A stretch of 32,000 nt of DNA, taken from the NCBI RefSeq assembly GCF_039964565.1, contig NZ_JBDVXF010000030.1, forward strand, positions 58,058-90,057, written 5' to 3'. Of the stretch, positions 18,319 to 26,216 are shown in pieces (positions within the stretch are counted from its first letter, which is position 1; each line of letters starts with the position of its first letter). Under the pieces are notes generated by a model. That model was not told the DNA's origin, did not search any database, and was given only the letters and a program-made list of their open reading frames with translations. The translations under genes and the position numbers were made by a program. This stretch comes from Paraglaciecola sp. (lineage in GTDB: Bacteria > Pseudomonadota > Gammaproteobacteria > Enterobacterales > Alteromonadaceae).

Positions 18319-20304
18319 CTATTTGTTGATTAACGCCAATTCGGCATCTGCATTTAACACCACCCACCAACGGTTACCAAATGCACTATCGAAACCCACT
18401 AATGGTACATCACTACAACTTGGGTCTCGTGCTGGTGCTTGGGTTAAGTAGCTTTCGTTCCATGGGGCATCCACTATACATTCGTCTGGTGCAATGGCTG
18501 CCCATTCGCTGCCTTTGCTGGCTAGAGTGACTATTGCCGCATCTGTGGTTTCTGGTGCGGTAAAGCGCACCGCGTAGCTATCGGCCACGGCAGAACTGAT
18601 GTTCCACGATTGAGTTGCGGTGCTGGGTAATACTACGGGTTGTTTTTCAGAGCCATCGGTTTGCGACAAGGCTAAACCCGTATCGGCTTGAATATCTTTG
18701 ACTACCCCATAATCATCTTGATAAGTACCGGTCTGGTTTTGAGTACCACTGATAATTAAAATGTCGGATGCGGTGTTATCTGCCGGAGTCCAGCTAAGGG
18801 TCACATGTTCTTTTAGATCGATAGTGGTTTCGGGAATGATCATTTCGTCATTGTCGTAATCAGGGATCACCCGAGCCGCACTGTTTAAGTTAGGTGACCA
18901 ACTCTCGTGGTATTGATACAACCACTGAAAGGCCAAACGCACCAAGTCGTTTAAGGTTTCGGCGCGGCTAAAGCCCGGCGTAATGCCCATATCTCGAGTG
19001 CGGGTGTCGGTGCGGTTAAAGGTATTATTTTCGCCGCCTACTAAGCTTGCGTAACTGCCATCTTCGGCAAAACAATCGTTAGAGATATATTCAGGCGATA
19101 ACACTAAAACTGGTCGGGTGTTGGCTAATATCGAACTTGGATAAACCACGGTTTCGCAGCGGTTAGTGGTGCGCGAAAACTTATCCATTATTTGCCAATT
19201 GGCTTCAAACGCTTGGTCATCTGCATTTGACTTAGCGGTATGCTCGGCAAAATAAGATTGATAGTCAACGCGGTCTTGGTTAAAGGTCAGTAGCGACGAG
19301 TTAACATCATAATGGGTCGAGCCATTGCTTAAGGTGGCATTTTTTTGTGACACTATCATTTGCACTAAATCACGCTCACCGAAGCGAAACTCGTAACCTT
19401 TATACGACGCATTACCCGCCATAATTTGGGTGTAAGTATTCATTTTGTAATTGCCACCAGTAGGCGTAGCACTAGAGGGAAGGGTGGTTAATGCCGTTTG
19501 CGAGCTAATTAAAGAGCGCTGATATTGATGCTCGTGGCCTTGTACATAAATAACATCTCTAGAGGCAAAAAAATCGCGAATTTTAGGTTGTACATCGTAA
19601 ACCCACCCATCATCTTTAGTGCCGTCAACAATTTGCTCGCGGGTTTGCCCATACTTAGCACCAATTAAGCCATCGTGACTGGCTACCACTATATGTTCAA
19701 CTTGGTCTTCGTTTTCGAGTACAACCTGTTTGATCCAGTCAAAAGCAATGGGAAGATTGTAATAAGCTAAACCAATTATCAGTACGTTTTCCCGTATCAC
19801 ATAATAGTTCACCCACTCATAACCCGGCATGTGCATGGCATCATCTGGAATGAAATTTTTCATATTCTCTATCCAGTTATGGGTATAAGCATAACTGGTT
19901 TCGTGGTTACCCATTACCGGCAAAAACTCAATACCTTGTTCGCTGTAACTGTCGGCAACCGAACGCCATTCAGCAAACTCCAGTTCCGATCCGCCATCGG
20001 TTAAATCACCTAACGCGATAACCATATCTACCCCAGCTGCCGCTTGGTGCTCTAACACCTCGGCCATGGGATGCATTGCCACATGGGCTTGACCCTCTGC
20101 ATCACTGCCACCTTGGGTATCAGGCAATAAGCCAATTTTAAACTCACTATAAACCACAGGCGCTGGTGGAGTGGTGTCATCAGGCTCTGGCTCAACCACT
20201 TCTTCTACCACGTTAGTAACATAAGTTTTATCCCCTTCACAGCCAGCTAATGCGCCTAGTAGAGCAAGTGAAATAATGGTTTTTGTAAAAATTGACCGCG
20301 ACAT
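18319..20304 (-). CDS. Lipoprotein with an N-terminal calcineurin-like metallophosphoesterase domain and a large uncharacterised C-terminal region
   Basis: Lipobox LLGALAGC. Metallophosphoesterase motifs GLLPDTQG, GDLTDGG, GNHE and GHEH. About 350 C-terminal residues have no recognisable motif. Confidence 0.8.
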   Translation of the reverse strand: MSRSIFTKTIISLALLGALAGCEGDKTYVTNVVEEVVEPEPDDTTPPAPVVYSEFKIGLLPDTQGGSDAEGQAHVAMHPMAEVLEHQAAAGVDMVIALGDLTDGGSELEFAEWRSVADSYSEQGIEFLPVMGNHETSYAYTHNWIENMKNFIPDDAMHMPGYEWVNYYVIRENVLIIGLAYYNLPIAFDWIKQVVLENEDQVEHIVVASHDGLIGAKYGQTREQIVDGTKDDGWVYDVQPKIRDFFASRDVIYVQGHEHQYQRSLISSQTALTTLPSSATPTGGNYKMNTYTQIMAGNASYKGYEFRFGERDLVQMIVSQKNATLSNGSTHYDVNSSLLTFNQDRVDYQSYFAEHTAKSNADDQAFEANWQIMDKFSRTTNRCETVVYPSSILANTRPVLVLSPEYISNDCFAEDGSYASLVGGENNTFNRTDTRTRDMGITPGFSRAETLNDLVRLAFQWLYQYHESWSPNLNSAARVIPDYDNDEMIIPETTIDLKEHVTLSWTPADNTASDILIISGTQNQTGTYQDDYGVVKDIQADTGLALSQTDGSEKQPVVLPSTATQSWNISSAVADSYAVRFTAPETTDAAIVTLASKGSEWAAIAPDECIVDAPWNESYLTQAPARDPSCSDVPLVGFDSAFGNRWWVVLNADAELALINK

Positions 20305-20811
20305 TTTTGTTTCCTATTTTTTAGTGAGTTTGAACAAACCTAGATTGACTTGTAGAAACCAGCTTAAAAATAAAACACTGCAGTTTCATGGCAAAAATAT
20401 GAAGGTTAAGTGACTGGTTACGACAGTGAAAAATAATAAGTGGTTGAAATTATTGGCATTAACTGGGGTTTTTAAGGAATTTTTTATAATTTTTTAATAG
20501 TGGGTATTTGAAATTATTATTCAGTCATAGCATGAGGTGGCATATTGATTCACTTAGGTGATGTTGATGAAATGTAATACGCAGTTTAGAAACGTCAGCT
20601 TCTTCATCTTCTTGTTATTCGCGAGTTAGCTGCCGCACAGAGTGATAGAGGGTGTAATTGATTAAACATGTTAAAGCCGTCTTTTAGGGGGGGGAACCTA
20701 AGGATGGATTAGCACACCTTTCACATTTTTTTTCAATAAACCTTGTTCCATTAAAAAATGTAGTGATAATCGCCCTAGGATTCTTGTGTTGAGTTTATGT
20801 GAGTTTAAAAC

Positions 20812-21945
20812 GTGCAGTTATTAGAAGTAGAGTGTTTGGGTAAACCCCTTAAGTTAGAAGGGTCTATGGCGGGTTGGCAGCAGCTTTTTTGGGGCGAACA
20901 TTGTGTGTCGCAAATTGATGCAACGGCTAGTACTAAAACAAATGGTCTGAGTGACGACAGTGAAAAAAACGATAAAAACGATGACGTCGATAATTTTGTT
21001 CATCAATTTTCGTTGCAAAGCGAGCAGGGCGAAATTCGTGTTGAGTTAAGTGGTTCGTTGCAATGGCAGCCTTTTCAATTGCAATTTAAGTTGTTGGTAA
21101 ATGACGAGCTAGTTGATGAAAACAGCCTTGTTGAAAAAGACATAGAGCAAAGGCAAGTTGATCCGAGTAAAAAGCAACCGATAAAATTTAGTTTTATTGG
21201 TATGGCCGGGCTGGGTTTAAAGCTGTTAAAAAGCGCTAAGGTGATTAAGGTGTTGTTTGCGGCGGGCAGCTTAGCGGCATATAGCTGGTTGTTTTCTATC
21301 GAGTTTGCCATCGCGCTAATTCTTTGTTTGGTGTTTCATGAATATGGTCATATCAAGGCCATGAAGTACTTTGGCTTAAAAACCAAAGGTATTTACCTTA
21401 TTCCGTTTGTGGGTGGTTTGGCTCTTAGCGATGAAAAAATTAATACCCGTTGGCAAGATATTGTTATCTCCATCATGGGGCCATTCTTTGGTTTGATATT
21501 GTCGGTGGCGTGTTTAGTGGGTTATTGGATCACCGACCTAGAAATATTGGCTGGTTTGGCGGTATTTAATGCCTTGTTGAATTTATTTAATATGTTGCCG
21601 GTATTACCACTAGATGGCGGCCATGTACTAAAAAGTATCGCGTTTTCGATTAACTCACGTGTGGGCATTATTGCTTGTGCGCTCGGCGCGGCATTGGGTG
21701 TATATATTAGTTATCAGTTTGGTTTAGCCTTGTTGGGTTTTTTGCTGGCCATTGGTAGCGTGGAGATATTCTTTGAGTACAAACGTAGGCATTTAAGTGA
21801 TTTGCTGCCTCTTAATCGTTATGCGCAAATTGTGTCTATTATTTGGTACGTGCTAACGATTGGCGGCTTAAGCGCGATTATTTGGCTGGTGGGGCAAACC
21901 GACAACGATGCTTTGTCGTTACCACTAAAGATATTGAATAGTTAG
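20812..21945 (+). CDS. M50-family (site-2-protease-like) intramembrane zinc metalloprotease with an N-terminal soluble domain of about 135 aa
   Basis: HEYGH (HEXXH) lies in a TM segment, and NLFNMLPVLPLDGGH (NxxPxxxLDG) is present. Multiple TM helices. Start uncertain: GTG at 20812, or ATG at 20866 with SD-like gaaggg. Confidence 0.8.
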   Translation: MQLLEVECLGKPLKLEGSMAGWQQLFWGEHCVSQIDATASTKTNGLSDDSEKNDKNDDVDNFVHQFSLQSEQGEIRVELSGSLQWQPFQLQFKLLVNDELVDENSLVEKDIEQRQVDPSKKQPIKFSFIGMAGLGLKLLKSAKVIKVLFAAGSLAAYSWLFSIEFAIALILCLVFHEYGHIKAMKYFGLKTKGIYLIPFVGGLALSDEKINTRWQDIVISIMGPFFGLILSVACLVGYWITDLEILAGLAVFNALLNLFNMLPVLPLDGGHVLKSIAFSINSRVGIIACALGAALGVYISYQFGLALLGFLLAIGSVEIFFEYKRRHLSDLLPLNRYAQIVSIIWYVLTIGGLSAIIWLVGQTDNDALSLPLKILNS

Positions 21946-21975
21946 TAGAAACTAGAAACTAGAAACTAGAAACTA
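21946..21975. repeat. Tandem heptamer repeat (TAGAAAC x4 plus a partial copy)
   Basis: Read directly: tagaaac tagaaac tagaaac tagaaac ta, starting on the base after the M50 stop codon. Confidence 0.95.
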
Positions 21976-22208
21976 TACCCATCATCGTAAATATGTTGGG
22001 TGTATAACAATCTGGCGTTAATTCTCTCTACGTCACAGTTTTAAATAGCGACCCTTGTATGACCAATGTACACCAACGGGCAAAAAAACGGTGTATTTAA
22101 GCTAACCTCGGTGAAAGTGTGAAATTTCCAAAGTTGCTCAGTAAGCCTTTATTTATATGGGATAAGATGCTTTTTAGATTAACTAAGCTTTATGCTGATA
22201 TTACCGAA

Positions 22209-22283
22209 TGGCGTCCCCACCTGGAATCGAACCAAGATCTAAGCCTTAGGAGGGCCTTGTTTTATCCATTAAACTACAGGGAC
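22209..22283 (-). tRNA. tRNA-Arg (anticodon CCU), CCA encoded
   Basis: The reverse complement folds by hand as a cloverleaf: acceptor GTCCCTG/TGGGGAC, D arm GTTT/AAAC, anticodon stem AGGCC/GGCTT with loop CTCCTAA, T arm CTTGG-TTCGATT-CCAGG, then discriminator G plus CCA. Confidence 0.9.
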
Positions 22284-22342
22284 TGAGTTTAGCGCCGAGC
22301 ATTATGTACTAGCTAAGTCGGGATTTAAAGCCTCTCTTGTTT

Positions 22343-23500
22343 TTATCGGCGTGATACAAAGTCGTTTGGTTGAATATTCGCCAGCGGTGCGCCTGATAGT
22401 GATTCGACTATGGCTGTTTCGGCAAACACTTGTCGTACGATGACCTCTTCAGGGTGTAATTGGAATTGCCTGTGGGGAAGGTTTTGGGTGTCAAAAAATT
22501 GGTTCATTTGGAATAAAGTTAATTTGTCGCCTTGTTTAACGCCATTGAGTTTGCCAATGTTTATACTTAGGCTTTCGCCTGTCACCCTAAGGACCCGTCC
22601 AAAAGCCGCTAAACAACTCACTGATTCGTCTATTGATTGCACCATAGTTTGGATGATTTTTTTAGTGGCGATCCCAAAGTTTGAGTCCCATAGTTGATGG
22701 CTGTTGCTATTGATAGAGGTGTGAAGATTAAAGTCCCATTGAGCTGAGATATTTTGGGTATCTTGAAATACCGTTTCGCCAGAATTGCCGTCTAGCAGTG
22801 ATAATTGCAGTGTAAGGTTGCGACTATTTTGGTCTTTGTCCCAAAACCCAAATCCAGAGATTCTCGTGGTTTCTAGGCCAAATTCGATAATTTCACCAAA
22901 CAGTACGTATTGGGCATTGGTTTTTTTGGAAAGACTATAGGCAGTGGCTTTTTGCTGTTTGATTGGCGTTGTTAAATAATAAGGTTCGACACGGTGAATC
23001 AAGGCATGTCTGGCATGATTTTGAGCTTCTTCTTGTATTTTTTCTGCTAACACTTTGCCGAAGTCGTAAAGGTTGCCTACGGCAGCTTGTTGCCGTTTAT
23101 TGATGTTGTACCAAGTGGTCACGATATTTTTTTTATAATCTGAGGCAGAACATAAGGCCTCTTGTGGAAAGATATCGGCTCTTATCGAAACTGTAACGTA
23201 GTCGTCGTGGTAGATTTCGTCTATCAATTCAATGTTGTTGACTTCGCCTGAAGCACGTATTTCGAATCGGTCGTCTTCTAGCAAACCGTTGACTAAAGAT
23301 TGAATACTTTTCACAGAGGCGCCAGAAAACAATAATGCCTGCTTCACTGCTTCTTGGGTGGCCTGTTGTCGTGCGGCTTCTTTTTCACCATTGTGAATAA
23401 CGGCTTGCCCTGTAGCCTCGAACCACACCGCCTTTGCTGGGAAGCAATTGACAATAAACATCAAAGCGGCACTTATTTGTATTAATCTTACAACCTGCAT
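22343..23500 (-). CDS. flgT: Flagellar H-ring assembly protein FlgT
   Basis: Signal peptide ending AKA. VWFEATGQAVI...AVKQALLFSGASV...CSASDYKKNIV parallels remembered Vibrio FlgT (EWYEVTGVATI...C..DQYKKTIL). The position divergent from flgP and next to flgNMA matches Vibrio synteny. Confidence 0.8.
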   Translation of the reverse strand: MQVVRLIQISAALMFIVNCFPAKAVWFEATGQAVIHNGEKEAARQQATQEAVKQALLFSGASVKSIQSLVNGLLEDDRFEIRASGEVNNIELIDEIYHDDYVTVSIRADIFPQEALCSASDYKKNIVTTWYNINKRQQAAVGNLYDFGKVLAEKIQEEAQNHARHALIHRVEPYYLTTPIKQQKATAYSLSKKTNAQYVLFGEIIEFGLETTRISGFGFWDKDQNSRNLTLQLSLLDGNSGETVFQDTQNISAQWDFNLHTSINSNSHQLWDSNFGIATKKIIQTMVQSIDESVSCLAAFGRVLRVTGESLSINIGKLNGVKQGDKLTLFQMNQFFDTQNLPHRQFQLHPEEVIVRQVFAETAIVESLSGAPLANIQPNDFVSRR

Positions 23501-23595
23501 AAATTACCTTCTAAATCTGAGTAAAGTGATTCTTGGGATAAGACATCGTCAAATTTCAGACTGATTTTTCATTCTTTACCTTTGCATAGCAAAGT

Positions 23596-23612
23596 AAGCA
23601 CAAATCGTACCT
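23596..23612 (-). promoter_or_regulatory. Weak sigma54-type candidate promoter for flgT
   Basis: The minus strand reads aGGtacgatttgtGCtt (GG-N10-GC spacing). It lies about 95 nt upstream of the flgT ATG. The -24 box AGGTAC is imperfect. Confidence 0.3.
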
Positions 23613-23644
23613 ATAATGGAGTTCGATATAGCTGCGTGTTTTTT

Positions 23645-23660
23645 AGGTACGGTTATTGCT
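23645..23660 (+). promoter_or_regulatory. Weak sigma54-type candidate promoter for flgP
   Basis: aGGtacggttatTGCt has GG-N10-GC spacing and a -12 TTGCT, and lies about 55 nt upstream of the flgP ATG. Its AGGTACG is the inverted copy of the one at 23606-23612. Confidence 0.3.
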
Positions 23661-23714
23661 TTACGATAACTTATAAAATCACATTGATACAATGAACAGC
23701 TGGGTGTTAGGAAT

Positions 23715-24206
23715 ATGGGCAATAAACGAAAGGTTAACAAATCAAACAGTCGATATTTAGTTATAACAACTGTACTTGGTTTCTTTTTAATGGGGTGTAC
23801 CAGCGTTTTTGATAAACATGTTGAATGGGAAACCGTTGCTCCCGAATCCTATCCTGTTATTTTGGCCATTGGTTATGCACCTATATCAGTTCAAAAAGGG
23901 GCCAGTGAGTCAAGTAAAATGTTGATGGCACTGAAAGCGTCAAAGTTAGATGCATACCGAGAACTCACTGAACAAGTCTACGGGCAAAAGGTAGAAGGTG
24001 GTCAATCGCTAGCTAGCTTGGTTATCGAAAACACTCATTTAAATAGCTCTGTGCAAGGTGTGATAAGAGGTGCCAAAGTGGTGAAGAGCTATCCTGTAGG
24101 GGATGACACATACGCCACTGAATTAGAGTTAGACTTCAAATTAGTCAACGATATTTACCTCTCTACGGCGCGTCCTAAGCGTGTTAAGAAAGTCCATTAT
24201 TACTAG
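23715..24206 (+). CDS. flgP: Flagellar H-ring outer-membrane lipoprotein FlgP (LPP20 family)
   Basis: Lipobox FFLMGC. LPP20-like core: AIGYAPIS...ALKASKLDAYRELTEQVYGQKVEG...VQGVIRGAKVV...YATELELD. The syntenic position is between flgT and flgN. Confidence 0.75.
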   Translation: MGNKRKVNKSNSRYLVITTVLGFFLMGCTSVFDKHVEWETVAPESYPVILAIGYAPISVQKGASESSKMLMALKASKLDAYRELTEQVYGQKVEGGQSLASLVIENTHLNSSVQGVIRGAKVVKSYPVGDDTYATELELDFKLVNDIYLSTARPKRVKKVHYY

Positions 24207-24340
24207 AGCTACTAGAGTGGTTTGTATTACGAATAGTAGAAACGCCTTGTAGCGATCGGCTTTAAGACATCGATTATGGTCAGCGTTTTTTCTGAGGATT
24301 CAGTGTGGTTGGTCACATCTAGATTTTATTGATGACACGC

Positions 24341-24769
24341 CTAAACGCTGGTGCCGCCGCCGCTTTTGTTACCTCGAGTACGCCCACTTTTATCGTAAGT
24401 CATTGATTCTTTTGCTCGAGATTCTAATAATAGGTTACGTAAGTGCTCAAGTCGCAATTGACCTTGTTCTACTGCAGTTTGGTTAATTTGAGTACGAAAC
24501 TTACACTGATTTACCATTTCTTTAGCTTGATTAAATAACCCAACTATTTCCTCGTCTTCTTTTTGATCTTGGGGGACTTTTGCATACAAGCCGGCGATTA
24601 CAGTGTCTTGTTGTTGCACTGAATCAAGTAAGGCTTCTTTGGTTTTTAACATGCTGATGAGGGATTCAGCATCTCTGCTACTGATGAGGTGGAGTTCAGT
24701 TTCAAGAATTTGCTGTAATTCTATTAATAATGTATGTTGATTTGTTATTGCTTTTTTTAATTCAGACAT
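24341..24769 (-). CDS. flgN: Flagellar export chaperone FlgN
   Basis: 142-aa helical protein immediately downstream of flgM, with a FlgN-like N-terminus (LLIELQQILETELHLISSRDAESL...). Confidence 0.8.
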   Translation of the reverse strand: MSELKKAITNQHTLLIELQQILETELHLISSRDAESLISMLKTKEALLDSVQQQDTVIAGLYAKVPQDQKEDEEIVGLFNQAKEMVNQCKFRTQINQTAVEQGQLRLEHLRNLLLESRAKESMTYDKSGRTRGNKSGGGTSV

Positions 24770-24811
24770 AAATTTTAATCATAAATAAAGACAGCCTCCA
24801 TTATGCTGCCT

Positions 24812-25147
24812 TTATGCTTTAGTACCAAATATTTCTGATTCTAACGCTGAAATTTTCTGTGCTAATGCTTCAGGATTAATTTGATACTCGCCACGTTGAA
24901 TCGCTTTTTTCAATTTATCAACCCTTTCTTGATTGACTGGTGTTTCAGTTCCTTTTTTCTGCACCTGATTTAACTGTTGTGCCGATGATGTCAAAGACAC
25001 CGAATCTGCACGAGCAGCTACTGCGGCCGATTTATGTGCACTTGTATTTTGTGCACTACCATTATTCAAAGCCTGCTGTTGCTGGCTAAGCTTTTGGTTA
25101 TCAAGCGGTGCCTTTGGGCTACCGTTGTTTATGTTGTTAATTGACAT
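24812..25147 (-). CDS. flgM: Anti-sigma-28 factor FlgM
   Basis: 111 aa with a disordered Gln/Ser/Ala-rich N-terminus and the conserved C-terminus VNQERVDKLKKAIQRGEYQINPEALAQKI. Confidence 0.88.
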   Translation of the reverse strand: MSINNINNGSPKAPLDNQKLSQQQQALNNGSAQNTSAHKSAAVAARADSVSLTSSAQQLNQVQKKGTETPVNQERVDKLKKAIQRGEYQINPEALAQKISALESEIFGTKA

Positions 25148-25184
25148 AATGAATACCCACTCCCTTTATTTATCCTCATTATTT

Positions 25185-25211
25185 GTATCGGCTGTGATCT
25201 CGGATACTTTA
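25185..25211 (-). promoter_or_regulatory. Sigma28 (FliA) promoter of flgMN
   Basis: The minus strand reads TAAAg-tatccgagatcaca-GCCGATAC, i.e. TAAA-N15-GCCGATAc against the consensus TAAA-N15-GCCGATAA. It lies about 38 nt upstream of the flgM ATG. Confidence 0.65.
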
Positions 25212-25275
25212 GCAAAAAAAACTATTTACAGCATTAAATGATTAAGCACTAATACCTAGTGGTGATTTATATTCC

Positions 25276-25992
25276 CTAGATACTAATTTTAACTTCGCCT
25301 GTACCTGCTACACGGGCGTACACTTTTTTATTAGAACGCCGATTTTTAACCTGAATTGTCTCACCCATTCTGCCGTCTTCAAGCGCTACACCACTGGTTT
25401 TAACCAGCATGCTGGTGTTGCCTGCAGAAATTGTGACATTGTCGCCTTTACACACAAAACACAGGTTGTTGGGGTTAACTGGTCTGCCTGCGGTAACTCG
25501 ACGTTTAATTCTCGCACCAATTACGTCTTCGATGTCGGCAAATGTGCTACTTCTTAAGTTTTTTTTGTTCATGTTGATGACATGGATGTTATCACTGGTT
25601 AACAACGTTCCTGGGCTGACAGTACTCGATATCACCACGACAGGTTGGGTCTCTGTGGCTTTAACCACCATAAAAATATACCAGTTATTGTCACTACACT
25701 GAGCTTTTACCATCACATTCGATTGACTCAGTGCTTCTGGCGTTGAAGAAAAGGTTAAATCAGAGTGACAAACAGGAACATGCACACGAGCATCAATTGG
25801 TGTAGCAACTACATCAATTGTTTTGATATTATTGGGATCAAGTTGGTTTAATACAAATTGCTCTGCTTGGTGAGTTAATTGTTGTTTTGTTAAATTATTT
25901 TCATCTGCCGCCGTTATACCTGTATAGAAACAAGGCATAATTGCGACTAATCTGGCTAATGCTTGATAATAATGTAATTTATTCATGTTCAC
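25276..25992 (-). CDS. flgA: Flagellar basal-body P-ring formation chaperone FlgA
   Basis: Signal peptide and C-terminal SAF/FlgA block: GRPVNPNNL...KGDNVTI...TSGVALEDGRMGETIQVKN..SNKKVYARV. The position upstream of flgM is conserved. Confidence 0.85.
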   Translation of the reverse strand: MNMNKLHYYQALARLVAIMPCFYTGITAADENNLTKQQLTHQAEQFVLNQLDPNNIKTIDVVATPIDARVHVPVCHSDLTFSSTPEALSQSNVMVKAQCSDNNWYIFMVVKATETQPVVVISSTVSPGTLLTSDNIHVINMNKKNLRSSTFADIEDVIGARIKRRVTAGRPVNPNNLCFVCKGDNVTISAGNTSMLVKTSGVALEDGRMGETIQVKNRRSNKKVYARVAGTGEVKISI

Positions 25993-26216
25993 TTGTTGTT
26001 AAGTTGTCTATGCTAAGGGCATATTAACGAAAGCAAAGGCGTCAAAAATTAGACGCTCGAATAGACAATCTTTCGGCTACTATTACTCAGCTCAGTTAAT
26101 GCGTTACGTTAAGTGTCAATTTAGTTGCGGTTTTGCGCAATTTAACTACATCGTATTCGTACTTTAACCATAGTAAGCAAAAGTTACGCCGCTTTTATTT
26201 CGTATTGGAGTTATAC

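Noticed and set aside
21946-21975. Possible CRISPR array or other spaced repeat
   Set aside because: The units are 7 bp and directly tandem, with no spacers, and there are no cas genes. This is a simple microsatellite-type repeat.
17360-22283. Genomic island integrated at tRNA-Arg(CCU)
   Set aside because: I saw no integrase, transposase or phage gene, and no direct repeat of the tRNA 3' end anywhere in the window. The region may be variable, but an island cannot be supported from this sequence.
26133-26216. N-terminal extension of cheV in the ORF track (MRNLTTSYSYFNHSKQKLRRFYFVLELY...)
   Set aside because: The extension is not CheV-like. The ATG at 26217 has a proper SD (ggag) and yields a canonical CheV N-terminus, so the upstream 28 codons are treated as untranslated.
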